The notes: generated by a model from the letters alone, not told the origin. 64,000 nt of DNA from a virus (IMGVR_UViG_3300019890_000003:1-64000); one strand, 5' to 3'. Positions 19,318 to 28,334 are shown, numbered from the stretch's first letter. Program-made: numbers and translations.

Positions 19318-20364
19318 TCATGGCGGGCCATAGAAGCTAACACTGCTTGCTTGGATGGCATTGTCGATAGCGTCAGCCGTTTGCGACGCTACGATGTAGC
19401 CCTCATAAAAGGCGCCTGGAGAAGCATTACTTCCATCGCCGCCCTGCATCATAGCGATCCCCCCTTCAAGAAGCAGCGGGGTATGATCGCCTGGCAAAGC
19501 CACATTGTTATTCCAGGTTATTAAAGCCCCGGTTTGCGCATGTCCAGTTTTTCCTGTCCATACGGTTGCCCCATCTGTCTTCGCAATACCATTTTCGATA
19601 GTCGCACCCGCATAGCCGGTGCCAGACAAAAATAGGCCGCCATTCTCGATATCAATCGACTGCAATGGATTTGGATTTCCCCCCAGACCCAAGGCGAACA
19701 TGTGACCGTTGCCGTTATCGGAATAAGTACTCTCGCCCTCGCCAAAATCAAAGCAGCAGTTGTTGACCGAAAAGGTGCCGTTAATCGTCCAATATTCCGT
19801 CACAGGAACGCTAGCACCAGTGACTGGTGTGCCTGGCATTCCGCCATTGTTTGGATCGCCATTCCGTGTCCCAGTGCTATAACCAACCGCTGGCCGCTGA
19901 GGTCCATCTAATGTGCCGTTAAGCTCCTTCTCGGCATTGAAAACTATTTTGCCATTGGTAAGAACAATCCTGCGAACAAGCGCAGAGCTTCCTGTCGCTC
20001 CAAACCCAGTATTGGCAATAAAATCGAGATGGCTAGGCCCTTGGTCATAGAGCTTGGACATAAAGCAGGTTGTAGACGTGCAGAACGTGTCATAAGCCGC
20101 GTGATCTACGATGCCGTTGATCATGCCAATATCGAGAGTCGTGCTATCACTAGCCCGCACCGCTTGAAACAACTTACCGGTGTAGCTGTGGCTAAGAGCA
20201 CGATTCAACGAATAAGCCACCACCGCCGGCTTGTTCGCCAAAGCCAGAATATCCATCGGCCACTTGTTTGTTTTGCTACCATACTGATGAGTCATAATCG
20301 TAGCATGCGCGCCAACGCCAAGAATGCAGACTAGCAATATTAGAAGAAGGCTTCGCAGCTTCAT
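19318..20364 (-). CDS. Secreted alpha-L-arabinofuranosidase B (GH54)-like protein
   Basis: Signal peptide; AYSLNRAL, RASDSTTLDIG, FCTSTTC...LYDQ, NNCCFDFGEGE, DIENG, GGDGSN...GAFYEG match AbfB catalytic-domain motifs. Confidence 0.75.
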   Translation of the reverse strand: MKLRSLLLILLVCILGVGAHATIMTHQYGSKTNKWPMDILALANKPAVVAYSLNRALSHSYTGKLFQAVRASDSTTLDIGMINGIVDHAAYDTFCTSTTCFMSKLYDQGPSHLDFIANTGFGATGSSALVRRIVLTNGKIVFNAEKELNGTLDGPQRPAVGYSTGTRNGDPNNGGMPGTPVTGASVPVTEYWTINGTFSVNNCCFDFGEGESTYSDNGNGHMFALGLGGNPNPLQSIDIENGGLFLSGTGYAGATIENGIAKTDGATVWTGKTGHAQTGALITWNNNVALPGDHTPLLLEGGIAMMQGGDGSNASPGAFYEGYIVASQTADAIDNAIQASSVSFYGPP

Positions 20365-20951
20365 AGGATTGTTGCTGCTTCAAGCGTCATATCTGAGGTA
20401 GAGCCTGGGGTATTGGTCGAGGCAGCCTTCCCTATGATGACCGCAAAAAGCGATCCTGACGCCCCAGAAATCGCTTTACCGATATTGTCAAGATTATAGA
20501 TCGTCATCGTGCCAAAATCGCTATTCGCCACCGCCAGAGGATAAATTCCAAGCAAATTGGCCATATCGGCGCCATTCCATGTTGGAGCGGCATGATCAGC
20601 ATATGTGCCATTTGATGGGGAAGCCTTGAAGATGGCTACGTCGAATTGAAGCGTTTGAATGCTGGCCTTAAATTTCAAGGTCAGACTGATCAATTCTCCG
20701 TCGAATGTCGTCGCGTTCAGGATATTGGCGATCGTAATAATGCCGCCCCATACAAAGCCGGAGGTATACGAGCTGGCTGTAATAGTGGGGGTGACGGACA
20801 CATCCATGATCTGGCCAACCACAGGAACTTGTGCTTGGTCAGAAGCGATAACTACGGGGTGACTATTGGCACTTGTATTTGATCCGCTATTTTGAAGTGT
20901 GTTGATCGTTTGCCCTGAACCGGGCGTGACGGTGACTGTTGGCAACGCCAT
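20361..20951 (-). CDS. Structural/accessory protein
   Basis: ANSHPVVIASDQ motif common in phage fibre-like proteins. Confidence 0.55.
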   Translation of the reverse strand: MALPTVTVTPGSGQTINTLQNSGSNTSANSHPVVIASDQAQVPVVGQIMDVSVTPTITASSYTSGFVWGGIITIANILNATTFDGELISLTLKFKASIQTLQFDVAIFKASPSNGTYADHAAPTWNGADMANLLGIYPLAVANSDFGTMTIYNLDNIGKAISGASGSLFAVIIGKAASTNTPGSTSDMTLEAATIL

Positions 20952-20985
20952 GTTATATCACCGTCACCGCTAGCCACATCATCCG

Positions 20986-21501
20986 TCAGATCGTCTCGTA
21001 AACGATATGTCCACCGATAAGGCCTGCTGTACTGCCGGTGAACCCTGATAGAGATGCGTCTCCATTCGGCCCGGTAACGCCGACAAGTTTGAAGTACTCA
21101 CCTGGATCCATTGCCGTCCAGCGCACGATGCCACCAAACGCATTGAAGGTAAGATTCAACCTGCCAAGCGTCACGACGTTAGACCTGGTTGGCTGCGTCG
21201 TTGCCGCAATATATCCTACAGCCGGCAACGCTAGTGCAGCGGCTGCTGGATCCATAGGACCATTCGATGACGTACCCGCAGCCAGAGCGGTAGGCGTGGC
21301 GCCAGCGGTCGAATCGCGCGACAAAACCATATACTGCGGCGCAGACGAAGTGGCTTGGCCGCCCATGTACACTTCGCTGATGTCGTTACGCTGAGTGGCA
21401 GAGCCGCCACCAAGAGCCATATATGTACCGGTCGTTAGAACCGCGTTGTCGGCTGTCGCGGCAGTCGTGAAGCTGTTGGTGGAAAACGAATACTTGGTCA
21501 T
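20986..21501 (-). CDS. Beta-sandwich structural protein
   Basis: 171 aa, Thr/Ala-rich; SD GGGG/AAGG upstream. Confidence 0.6.
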   Translation of the reverse strand: MTKYSFSTNSFTTAATADNAVLTTGTYMALGGGSATQRNDISEVYMGGQATSSAPQYMVLSRDSTAGATPTALAAGTSSNGPMDPAAAALALPAVGYIAATTQPTRSNVVTLGRLNLTFNAFGGIVRWTAMDPGEYFKLVGVTGPNGDASLSGFTGSTAGLIGGHIVYETI

Positions 21502-21507
21502 AGCCCC

Positions 21508-21873
21508 TTATCCTTTTAGAAGCGGTGAGACAGACGTTAAGTTCGGGAGCGGGTTATATCCCGCCTCTTTTCTGAACGCCTGCTCTTGAAGGTGATCAAG
21601 CGTCTTAACAAAGGGAGTACATTCAGCGTGGCATGAAGGCTTGTCGCAGATGAACCGATCGCACTTCCGGCAATGGCCACGGGCTCGAACCCTGTACGGA
21701 TTCATAATCACGACATCGTCGCAATGAGCGCAGGTTTGTGTAGGCGCCTCTAACACCTTGCCCTCTGGCACCGCCATGGTTGGATCGAGGCCAACGGCGA
21801 ATAGCTCATCAGCGGTTATCCCTGGACTCGCGCGGTGATCGACGAGCAGGTGTCCTTCTTTTCTGCGCATCAT
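21508..21873 (-). CDS. Zinc-finger protein
   Basis: CAHC...CRKC...ICDKPSC...C. Confidence 0.6.
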   Translation of the reverse strand: MMRRKEGHLLVDHRASPGITADELFAVGLDPTMAVPEGKVLEAPTQTCAHCDDVVIMNPYRVRARGHCRKCDRFICDKPSCHAECTPFVKTLDHLQEQAFRKEAGYNPLPNLTSVSPLLKG

Positions 21874-21909
21874 TTCGCCAAACCGTCACAGAGTGGTGAT
21901 TAAAAAAGG

Positions 21910-22029
21910 TTGCCGATCGCAAATTTACCGACGAGGCGGATGGCGACTTAATCAGGCCGTTACTGGACGCAGGCGTTGCGGCGCCTTGCCCATACCTGAG
22001 GGGTACCAACCCGAAAATGCGATCGGCAA
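21910..22029 (-). ncRNA. 120-nt rod-like structured RNA / terminator-like element
   Basis: Perfect 12-bp terminal inverted repeat TTGCCGATCGCA (21910-21921 / 22018-22029), nested internal stems, followed by a T-run on the minus strand. Confidence 0.45.
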
Positions 22030-22030
22030 T

Positions 22031-23440
22031 TCAGTGCCACACACCGACCCAATCGACGAATAGGTCGTACTTCCCAGATGGAGGCGGGAGCGAAACCCAC
22101 CCACCGCCGGATGCAAGCTCCAGCATCGGCGCCCATAGCGGCTTCACTGCGGAATTAGGGGAGCTGTATTGCGGAAATGAATCGCATTTCAGCTGCACCT
22201 CGTCGAAATATTCACAGACAGTGCCGGTTGCGCTGCCAGAATTCGAAATCTTCATCCCGACAGTGTGCCAATCCCAGGTGAGATCCGCGCCCGACCCAAG
22301 AGGATACCCGGCATACCCGCCATTGGGGCTAGCTGGAAAGAACGCTGGCGCATATGCGTGCGTAAATGCCTGGTGATAATGGATGTCATTCCCGAACATT
22401 TCGGTCATGTCCATCTCCATGCCGCCATGAGTCTGATCGCTCAACTCAAGCATCCAGAAGGATGGCCACGTACCGCCTGAACAGGTATTATCGCCTGGGA
22501 CGTTACAGAAGGAGTTCGGGATCAGAATACGGGCGTCATAGTATCCGTCTGTTAGGCCAGGCGCAGAGGCTGATTTATCAGGATATCCTGTGCCGAGGAT
22601 CCCACACCGTTGCTTACGGCCAAAGCCGTAGGGATCGACATAAGCAGGATCGAAAGTGTTGCGGATACGCAACCCGCCCTGTGGTAGAATGGTAAATGGA
22701 TTGTACCCATTGACACTGTCGGTGTGCTCATTGGCGCAATCGCCGAAGTCTTGTCCGGTGAAGAGCCCTTCATACCATTTGAAACCATCAGATGCCGTTG
22801 GGGCAGTGCAGCTAGGCCACGTACCGGTGCCTGGCTTGCATGGTGTTGAGTTGAGCGTCGTGAAATGATCGCTGAAGGCGAGGGTCATTCCTGACGCTGG
22901 CGCAGGGGTTGGGATGGCAGGACGTGTGCCAGCTACAAAGAGCTTATACCTGCCCTGCAAATGGACTGTAGGACTACCGCCAGGCACGACATCGTAGGCA
23001 TTGAATTCCACAGTGAGCGGGCCTGCTGGCTCGGCGGATAGGTCGAGCAGACCGGTGAACATGCTGCCTGAGCCTTGTGTAAGCCTCACGGCCATCGCAC
23101 CATGCGTCCATACTTCGACATTGAGCGAGCCCAGCGCCTTGATAACGATCTGTTGCGGGCTGGCCGATACCGTCGCATTCGCGTCGGTGATGCCGAGATC
23201 CAACAAGGCTGGTGACGAAATCTGATTAGACGTCACGACATTGGGTGAGCAGGGTAAAATGATCCCCATCTGGTTGGTGGTGGCCGATGACGAGGAGCAT
23301 GTTGGGACCGGCTGACAAAGCGGCACGGTGATCTGCGTATAGCCGCTAGAGCACTCGGCGTGCGCCTCAGGGAACGCGAAGAAATGAACATACCCCAGCG
23401 CTATGAGGAGGAATAAAACCGCGATGAAGTATTTCAGCAT
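22031..23440 (-). CDS. Secreted GH16-like glycoside hydrolase
   Basis: Signal peptide plus Cys tag; FSDHF, GTWPSFWML, EMDMTE (ExDxxE), WHTVG, VDWVGVW. Confidence 0.75.
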   Translation of the reverse strand: MLKYFIAVLFLLIALGYVHFFAFPEAHAECSSGYTQITVPLCQPVPTCSSSSATTNQMGIILPCSPNVVTSNQISSPALLDLGITDANATVSASPQQIVIKALGSLNVEVWTHGAMAVRLTQGSGSMFTGLLDLSAEPAGPLTVEFNAYDVVPGGSPTVHLQGRYKLFVAGTRPAIPTPAPASGMTLAFSDHFTTLNSTPCKPGTGTWPSCTAPTASDGFKWYEGLFTGQDFGDCANEHTDSVNGYNPFTILPQGGLRIRNTFDPAYVDPYGFGRKQRCGILGTGYPDKSASAPGLTDGYYDARILIPNSFCNVPGDNTCSGGTWPSFWMLELSDQTHGGMEMDMTEMFGNDIHYHQAFTHAYAPAFFPASPNGGYAGYPLGSGADLTWDWHTVGMKISNSGSATGTVCEYFDEVQLKCDSFPQYSSPNSAVKPLWAPMLELASGGGWVSLPPPSGKYDLFVDWVGVWH

Positions 23441-25089
23441 GTGTGCGGGCTCGATGGCGCCGTGCCAGTTTGGGGAATTACGAAGCCAGGCGGTCCCCAC
23501 GTCCGATCGAAGTCCGTGAAGCTCACTGGCGCGCTGAAGACTGGCGACGTCGGATCGATGACATACGACCAGCATGTCAACTTCGGGTCTCCCGTGGTTG
23601 GGCTGGCATCGGTATAATTGCCGCCTGAGCTAAGCGTACCGCTCCCATAATTGTGATAGAAATTCGCCGTGATCGTCGGCGCGGTAGGCGGAGACCCACT
23701 CAGAATATTGTAGCCGCCACCGGCGGCGCCGCTGATGACGATGTTGTGCTCGACCTGATTGCCGTCCATGTTCGAATTAACGGGGCATGTCGTGGTTTGA
23801 AACGCCACAATGCTCTGTCCGAGAGTCGATAGATCGATCAGGTTGTTGTTCACCCGAACGTTACGGCCGCCATGGAAGAGCATGGCGGTATTCGAACCAT
23901 TGCGCCCAGTGATAACATTCCCGGTCGCGAGGATGTCCGTGGCGCAGTCATCCGCATACATGGCCGAGCCGAAGCCCGAACCGAGGGTGGCAAACGTGTT
24001 TGCGTCGCGGATGTAATTGTTGGTCCATTGGGCGCCGGTGCCGGTTTGCCTGGTGGCGTCGACTTGGTAGATCCCGCTACAATCCGCCTGCGCGGTGCAG
24101 GTGTTCCAAATCGCCATGTGGTCGATGTGGGGATTGGTGAGGACGCTACCGCTGCCAGGGTTGGTTATGTTTATGCCCCATGAATTGGTATCATGGATAA
24201 CGCCATGCGAAATCGTCATGCCGACAGGACCGTAGAAGGATATTCCGCCTGGCGCTGAGAAGTTGGAGTTCGTGGCGTACTCGTTAAAGATGATGAAATC
24301 TTTGAGGATGACGTTCGTATCGCCGCCCGTCGAATGGAAGCCGCTGTGCTGGAAATCGTGCAGCGACAGGCCGTCGATCGTCACATTTGTGGTGTGATCG
24401 AAGTTGAAGATGAAATGCAGGCCGTTGCCGAAGGCCGTCGAGCCGCCCGTAAGGTCGGCGCTGTCATAGCCGTCCGGAGGATAATAGGACCACGTCTCGC
24501 CACTATCGGCCGACGTGAGGGCTATCCCACAGGTAATGCCGGTGCCGCCGTCGCAATTCTGGACTGGCGTTGGGAAGCTGTAGCTGCCGGCGCGGATGTA
24601 TGTGGTTAGGATCGTGCCGCTCGCGCGCATGGCCGCTTGGGCTTTGCTAAGCGTGGCGAATGGCGCAGCTAGAGTCCCAGCATTGCTATCGCTGCCATTA
24701 GTGGCAACGTAGAACGCAGATGCCAAAGCTGGATTCACGGTCAAGGCAAGGGACGCCGTGCCTGTCCCGCCAGCGTTCGTCGCGCTCTCGGTCGTATTCG
24801 TGGTGCCGGTGACCGTGGGCGTGCCGGAAATAAGGCCGGTGCTGGTGTTGACTGACATGCCAACGGGCAGGGGCGATGCGCCCCAGCTCGTAGGGGTATT
24901 CGTGGCCGTGATCTGGAAACTGCACGAGGTGTTAACCGTGCAGCTTCCTGATGCCGGGCTCGTAATCACCGGCGCCGGCGTGCTGTTTAATTGGCACAAC
25001 GGCACTGTGACCGCAGTGTATCCAGCCGCGCACTCGGCAAAGGCGGGGCCGGCTAGCGCAACAAGGAAGGCTGCGAGAATACCTCTCAT
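23434..25089 (-). CDS. Secreted He_PIG Ig domain plus right-handed beta-helix protein
   Basis: Signal peptide plus Cys tag; LPVGMSVNTSTGLISGTPT; FYVATNGSDSNAGTLAAPFATL; Asn-ladder repeats. Confidence 0.75.
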   Translation of the reverse strand: MRGILAAFLVALAGPAFAECAAGYTAVTVPLCQLNSTPAPVITSPASGSCTVNTSCSFQITATNTPTSWGASPLPVGMSVNTSTGLISGTPTVTGTTNTTESATNAGGTGTASLALTVNPALASAFYVATNGSDSNAGTLAAPFATLSKAQAAMRASGTILTTYIRAGSYSFPTPVQNCDGGTGITCGIALTSADSGETWSYYPPDGYDSADLTGGSTAFGNGLHFIFNFDHTTNVTIDGLSLHDFQHSGFHSTGGDTNVILKDFIIFNEYATNSNFSAPGGISFYGPVGMTISHGVIHDTNSWGINITNPGSGSVLTNPHIDHMAIWNTCTAQADCSGIYQVDATRQTGTGAQWTNNYIRDANTFATLGSGFGSAMYADDCATDILATGNVITGRNGSNTAMLFHGGRNVRVNNNLIDLSTLGQSIVAFQTTTCPVNSNMDGNQVEHNIVISGAAGGGYNILSGSPPTAPTITANFYHNYGSGTLSSGGNYTDASPTTGDPKLTCWSYVIDPTSPVFSAPVSFTDFDRTWGPPGFVIPQTGTAPSSPHTC

Positions 25090-26363
25090 CTGAATGTCAC
25101 GCCAATGCAAGTCATGGCGCCAGAATTACCAGCCGTGAACGTTTGCGCTACGGGAGCTGACGCAGGCGCGTAATCTCCCCATCTATAAAAATCAGCGATC
25201 CCGCTTCCGGCTGTTACAACATGCGACAGCGTTGCCGGTGACAATGCCGTTGGAGAGCCGAGATCGTTCATCCCGACATAGAATGCCCACTCTCCTGACT
25301 GCCATGTTTCGCTTATTGCCGGCACGACGCATGTCGTTCCATTTGACGTGTTTGCCTTACTCGATACTGCCTTAACCGCAATCGACCCAGACGACGTTTT
25401 GTAATTCCTGATATTCCCGTCAATTGCCGCATAGGCCAGACCGGAACCAGGCATCGTTACCGTGTAAGATGCAGGCTCAGAACTTGCAGTACGAGAAAAG
25501 AGTGCTGTCGTGAAGTTCCCATAAACTGGATCAAGTGCATTAGCTAGGCGGGCAACCACCGTCCACCCTGCCGGGGTGTTTGGCGTCTCGACAGGATCGG
25601 TTAAGGCCGTCTGCGAAGTGACGACCATAAACATTAAATCGCCATTGGCGACGCCAGCAGGCGTGCTCAATACGACGGACTGCGAAGCCGAAGCATTATA
25701 TCCGCCGTCAGCGCCGAAGGAAATTGTGCCAGAGCCGGCCGCCGCGATGGTCAACGCCAGGTTTTGAGTTCCCGTCCCCGCCCCATTGGTTGCACTAAGG
25801 CCGACGGTGCTCGAACTAGCTGCCGTTGGCGTACCGGAGATAGTACCGGTCGAAGTGTTAATCCCGAGAGGAGCCGGAAGATTGCTTGCGCCATAGCTGG
25901 TCGGCATATTGGTTGCGGTAATATGATATGTAAATCCAGTGCCCACCGTGCCAGACGCCGTGGTGGGGCTGTTGATAACCGGTGGCGAGCCAGCGGCGGC
26001 GATAGTCAGGGCCAGCGTCTCATTGCCGGTGCCCGTCCCATTCGTCGCGCCTAGCGTGACGTTGCCGCTAAAGGGGGCAGTGGGAGTGCCTGATATGAGA
26101 CCGGTCCCCGTATTGACCCCAAGGGGTGATGGAAGCCCGGTAGCACTGTAGCTAGTGGGCGAATTGGTTGCGGTAATCTGGTAGCTGAAGGCCATCCCGG
26201 CGGTGCCGCTAGCGGTTGACGGACTAGTGACGACGGGCGCGCCAGTGGTGTTTTGCTGGCAGGCAAAGACGTTACTCAGCTGCGTGTAACCCGTAGCGCA
26301 CTGGGCATTTGCTCCCACCGTAAGCGCGATAAGTGCCGTGAAAGCAATGGCTAAGGACTTCAT
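25086..26363 (-). CDS. Secreted protein with two He_PIG Ig domains plus a beta-sandwich
   Basis: Signal peptide plus Cys tag; two ITATN.PTSY.A..LP..LG.NT.TG.ISGTPT units. Confidence 0.75.
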   Translation of the reverse strand: MKSLAIAFTALIALTVGANAQCATGYTQLSNVFACQQNTTGAPVVTSPSTASGTAGMAFSYQITATNSPTSYSATGLPSPLGVNTGTGLISGTPTAPFSGNVTLGATNGTGTGNETLALTIAAAGSPPVINSPTTASGTVGTGFTYHITATNMPTSYGASNLPAPLGINTSTGTISGTPTAASSSTVGLSATNGAGTGTQNLALTIAAAGSGTISFGADGGYNASASQSVVLSTPAGVANGDLMFMVVTSQTALTDPVETPNTPAGWTVVARLANALDPVYGNFTTALFSRTASSEPASYTVTMPGSGLAYAAIDGNIRNYKTSSGSIAVKAVSSKANTSNGTTCVVPAISETWQSGEWAFYVGMNDLGSPTALSPATLSHVVTAGSGIADFYRWGDYAPASAPVAQTFTAGNSGAMTCIGVTFR

Positions 26364-26397
26364 TGTGTAGATCCTTTGAGTAAACCGGAATTAGTAC

Positions 26398-26426
26398 TTG
26401 ACTATCGAGGGCAAATGCCTTAGGTT
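26398..26426 (+). promoter_or_regulatory. Sigma70-type promoter with operator in spacer
   Basis: TTGACT-17-TAGGTT; AGGGCAAATGCCTT at 26408-26421. Confidence 0.6.
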
Positions 26427-26508
26427 AGCATGAAGGCGGGGAAGCAGAGTCAACGAGGGCGGTTGCCGCCCCAAACACTCAGCCCCGTCGACAATTGGAG
26501 AAACGGAG

Positions 26509-26712
26509 ATGACTTTTCTTGAAACCCTCGAACCGCTTGTGCACGCGGCAGAGCGATATGCACAACTAACTGAAATCCGCGAACAGCGCGGCGCGGGAGA
26601 TTTCGTCGAGAAAGATTCCGGCAAGCGTATAACTTTATGGACGGCTCAAAAAGAGGCAGCCGATGCGCTTTGTGCCGCTGCTATCGAATTCTCAAAATGG
26701 GGGAGGCAATGA
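26509..26712 (+). CDS. Early hypothetical protein
   Basis: SD GGAG; first gene after the promoter. Confidence 0.6.
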   Translation: MTFLETLEPLVHAAERYAQLTEIREQRGAGDFVEKDSGKRITLWTAQKEAADALCAAAIEFSKWGRQ

Positions 26713-26939
26713 CCCAATTTCATGAAGGCCAAGAGGTGGAAGTAGCGCCGTTATCCGAAATGTTTGGCGCGTGGCGCAAGGCAAAGATCGTTGAAGTTGA
26801 TCAACGAGCCGTGCAAACCTCGCCGATAAAACATCTAGTCGAGTTCGCTGATGGTACGCGCGGCGTGTTCGATGCGGATCACATCAGATCTCTTACCTAC
26901 AGAGGTCTAACTGCCCGTAACACGACAGGCATTTACTGA
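26709..26939 (+). CDS. Tudor/SH3-like small protein
   Basis: SD GGAGG; FHEGQEVEV...WRKAKIV...LVEFADG. Confidence 0.6.
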   Translation: MTQFHEGQEVEVAPLSEMFGAWRKAKIVEVDQRAVQTSPIKHLVEFADGTRGVFDADHIRSLTYRGLTARNTTGIY

Positions 26940-26941
26940 GT

Positions 26942-27049
26942 TGACGTTTCGGCTTGCCGGGTTCTTAGCCTCGCCCGGCAAAGCGAAGCGCCAGAAACGG
27001 AGCCGCCCAAGACTGGGAGATTGCGCGGATAGTTTGCCCGCGACGCTTC
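26942..27049 (+). repeat. Structured intergenic element, copy 1
   Basis: TGACGTTTCGGC-TTGCCGGG..CCCGGCAA-AGCGAAGCGCCAGAAACGGAGC...TGCGCGGATA...TGCCCGCGACGCT. Confidence 0.7.
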
Positions 27050-27151
27050 ACAACAAAGGCCGGACCGACGCGCCACGCGGACAACGCATTAGCACCGCTA
27101 GCCGCAGCGCGCCGATCCGTAACTCAACGAAACTAGGAGATTAACAAGGAA

Positions 27152-27430
27152 ATGAAAACACGCGAACAAAAGTACGAAGCCATTTGGGATCGGGCAATCA
27201 TGCTCGACTCCAAAAACCAAACAGAGACATTCTTGGACCTTGCCAAATGGCTCAACAAGAATGGATTTCGTAACCAAGCGGGGAAGCCATATAGGCCAGT
27301 CCCGCGTGGTGTCGCTAAGGTTGTCGCCTCTGCATGGACATATGCAGCCGACAGGTTCGGAGAGAAGAAGGCGCTCCCGATTGCAAATGCCTTCACTGGC
27401 TCAACCGGGGAATATTCTTGGACTGAGTGA
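27152..27430 (+). CDS. Small protein with a recombinase-type DNA-binding motif
   Basis: LAKWLNKNGFRNQAGKPY resembles the serine-recombinase RD subdomain. Confidence 0.55.
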   Translation: MKTREQKYEAIWDRAIMLDSKNQTETFLDLAKWLNKNGFRNQAGKPYRPVPRGVAKVVASAWTYAADRFGEKKALPIANAFTGSTGEYSWTE

Positions 27431-27535
27431 CGTTTCGGCCTGCCGCTTGTGGGCGGCAGAGCGAAGCGCCAGAGTTTCAAAATCCGGCGGGCAATCTCCC
27501 TTGCGGATACAAGGCGGCGGAATCTTTGTCGCTTC
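27428..27535 (+). repeat. Structured intergenic element, copy 2
   Basis: TGACGTTTCGGC-CTGCCGC..GCGGCAG-AGCGAAGCGCCAGA...TTGCGGATA...CGCTTCAC. Confidence 0.7.
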
Positions 27536-27557
27536 ACCTTAACCATAAGAGGAAATC

Positions 27558-27821
27558 ATGACAACCAAAACTAACGTACCAGCCGTACACCTAACCCCAA
27601 AGCAACAATCCGTCATGAACGGCGCGCTGAGGGACACGCTTCTCAGCGAGCGCGCCATTGCCCGTTTAGAGGCGGCTGCGGAGGCCGTACACGCCCAAGC
27701 CAATGGGGGACGGGGATTTCAGGCTGTCAGCTCAAAGGAGGGCTTCGCGGCCACTATTAAGCACGGCAAGACCCTAATCGAAATTCAGGGCGATAGCTTT
27801 GCTGTAAGGCAAACGGATTGA
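27558..27821 (+). CDS. Early hypothetical protein
   Basis: SD GAGG; 87 aa. Confidence 0.6.
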   Translation: MTTKTNVPAVHLTPKQQSVMNGALRDTLLSERAIARLEAAAEAVHAQANGGRGFQAVSSKEGFAATIKHGKTLIEIQGDSFAVRQTD

Positions 27822-27831
27822 GGAGAAGAAC

Positions 27832-28035
27832 ATGAGCGACATGCGAGAGAAGATTTATCATGACCTTTTTGATGCTCAGCATCTGCTGAAAGCGCTAAAG
27901 TTCATTCTCGATGAAACCGAGGAGGGCACCGATAGTGGGCTGATGATGTCCAGTGTCGCAGACGCGATCATGGCTAAATTGGAGCAGATCGAGATCCGTC
28001 TTGACGCGAAGACTGATATCAGCCTTGCAGCCTAA
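27832..28035 (+). CDS. Early acidic hypothetical protein
   Basis: SD GAGGAG; ends in LAA, an ssrA-like degron. Confidence 0.6.
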   Translation: MSDMREKIYHDLFDAQHLLKALKFILDETEEGTDSGLMMSSVADAIMAKLEQIEIRLDAKTDISLAA

Positions 28036-28123
28036 TGACGCAAGCCCATGGGCATCATGGTGCCCATGCACGAGCGCCAGAAATGGAGCAGCTGATGCGC
28101 GGATAACAGTGCCCGCGACGCTC
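28036..28123 (+). repeat. Structured intergenic element, copy 3
   Basis: TGACG..CATGGGCA..TGCCCATG..GAGCGCCAGAAATGGAGC...TGCGCGGATA...TGCCCGCGACGCT. Confidence 0.6.
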
Positions 28124-28334
28124 GGCTTAAAACCCAGGCATCCACTGCAACGGGTGCCTGGGCGCCTAGCAAGCTAGGTCTTAATGCCCGACGGCCGGGG
28201 TACGATTCGCAAAACCGAAATTACGCTGTCGAATTATGGAATGTCGTAGCATTGATAACAACTTATGGAGCGATTCGGCGCTAGAGCGCAACGAAAAGCC
28301 ACATCCACACGATATCGCTCATTGACATCCAGTT

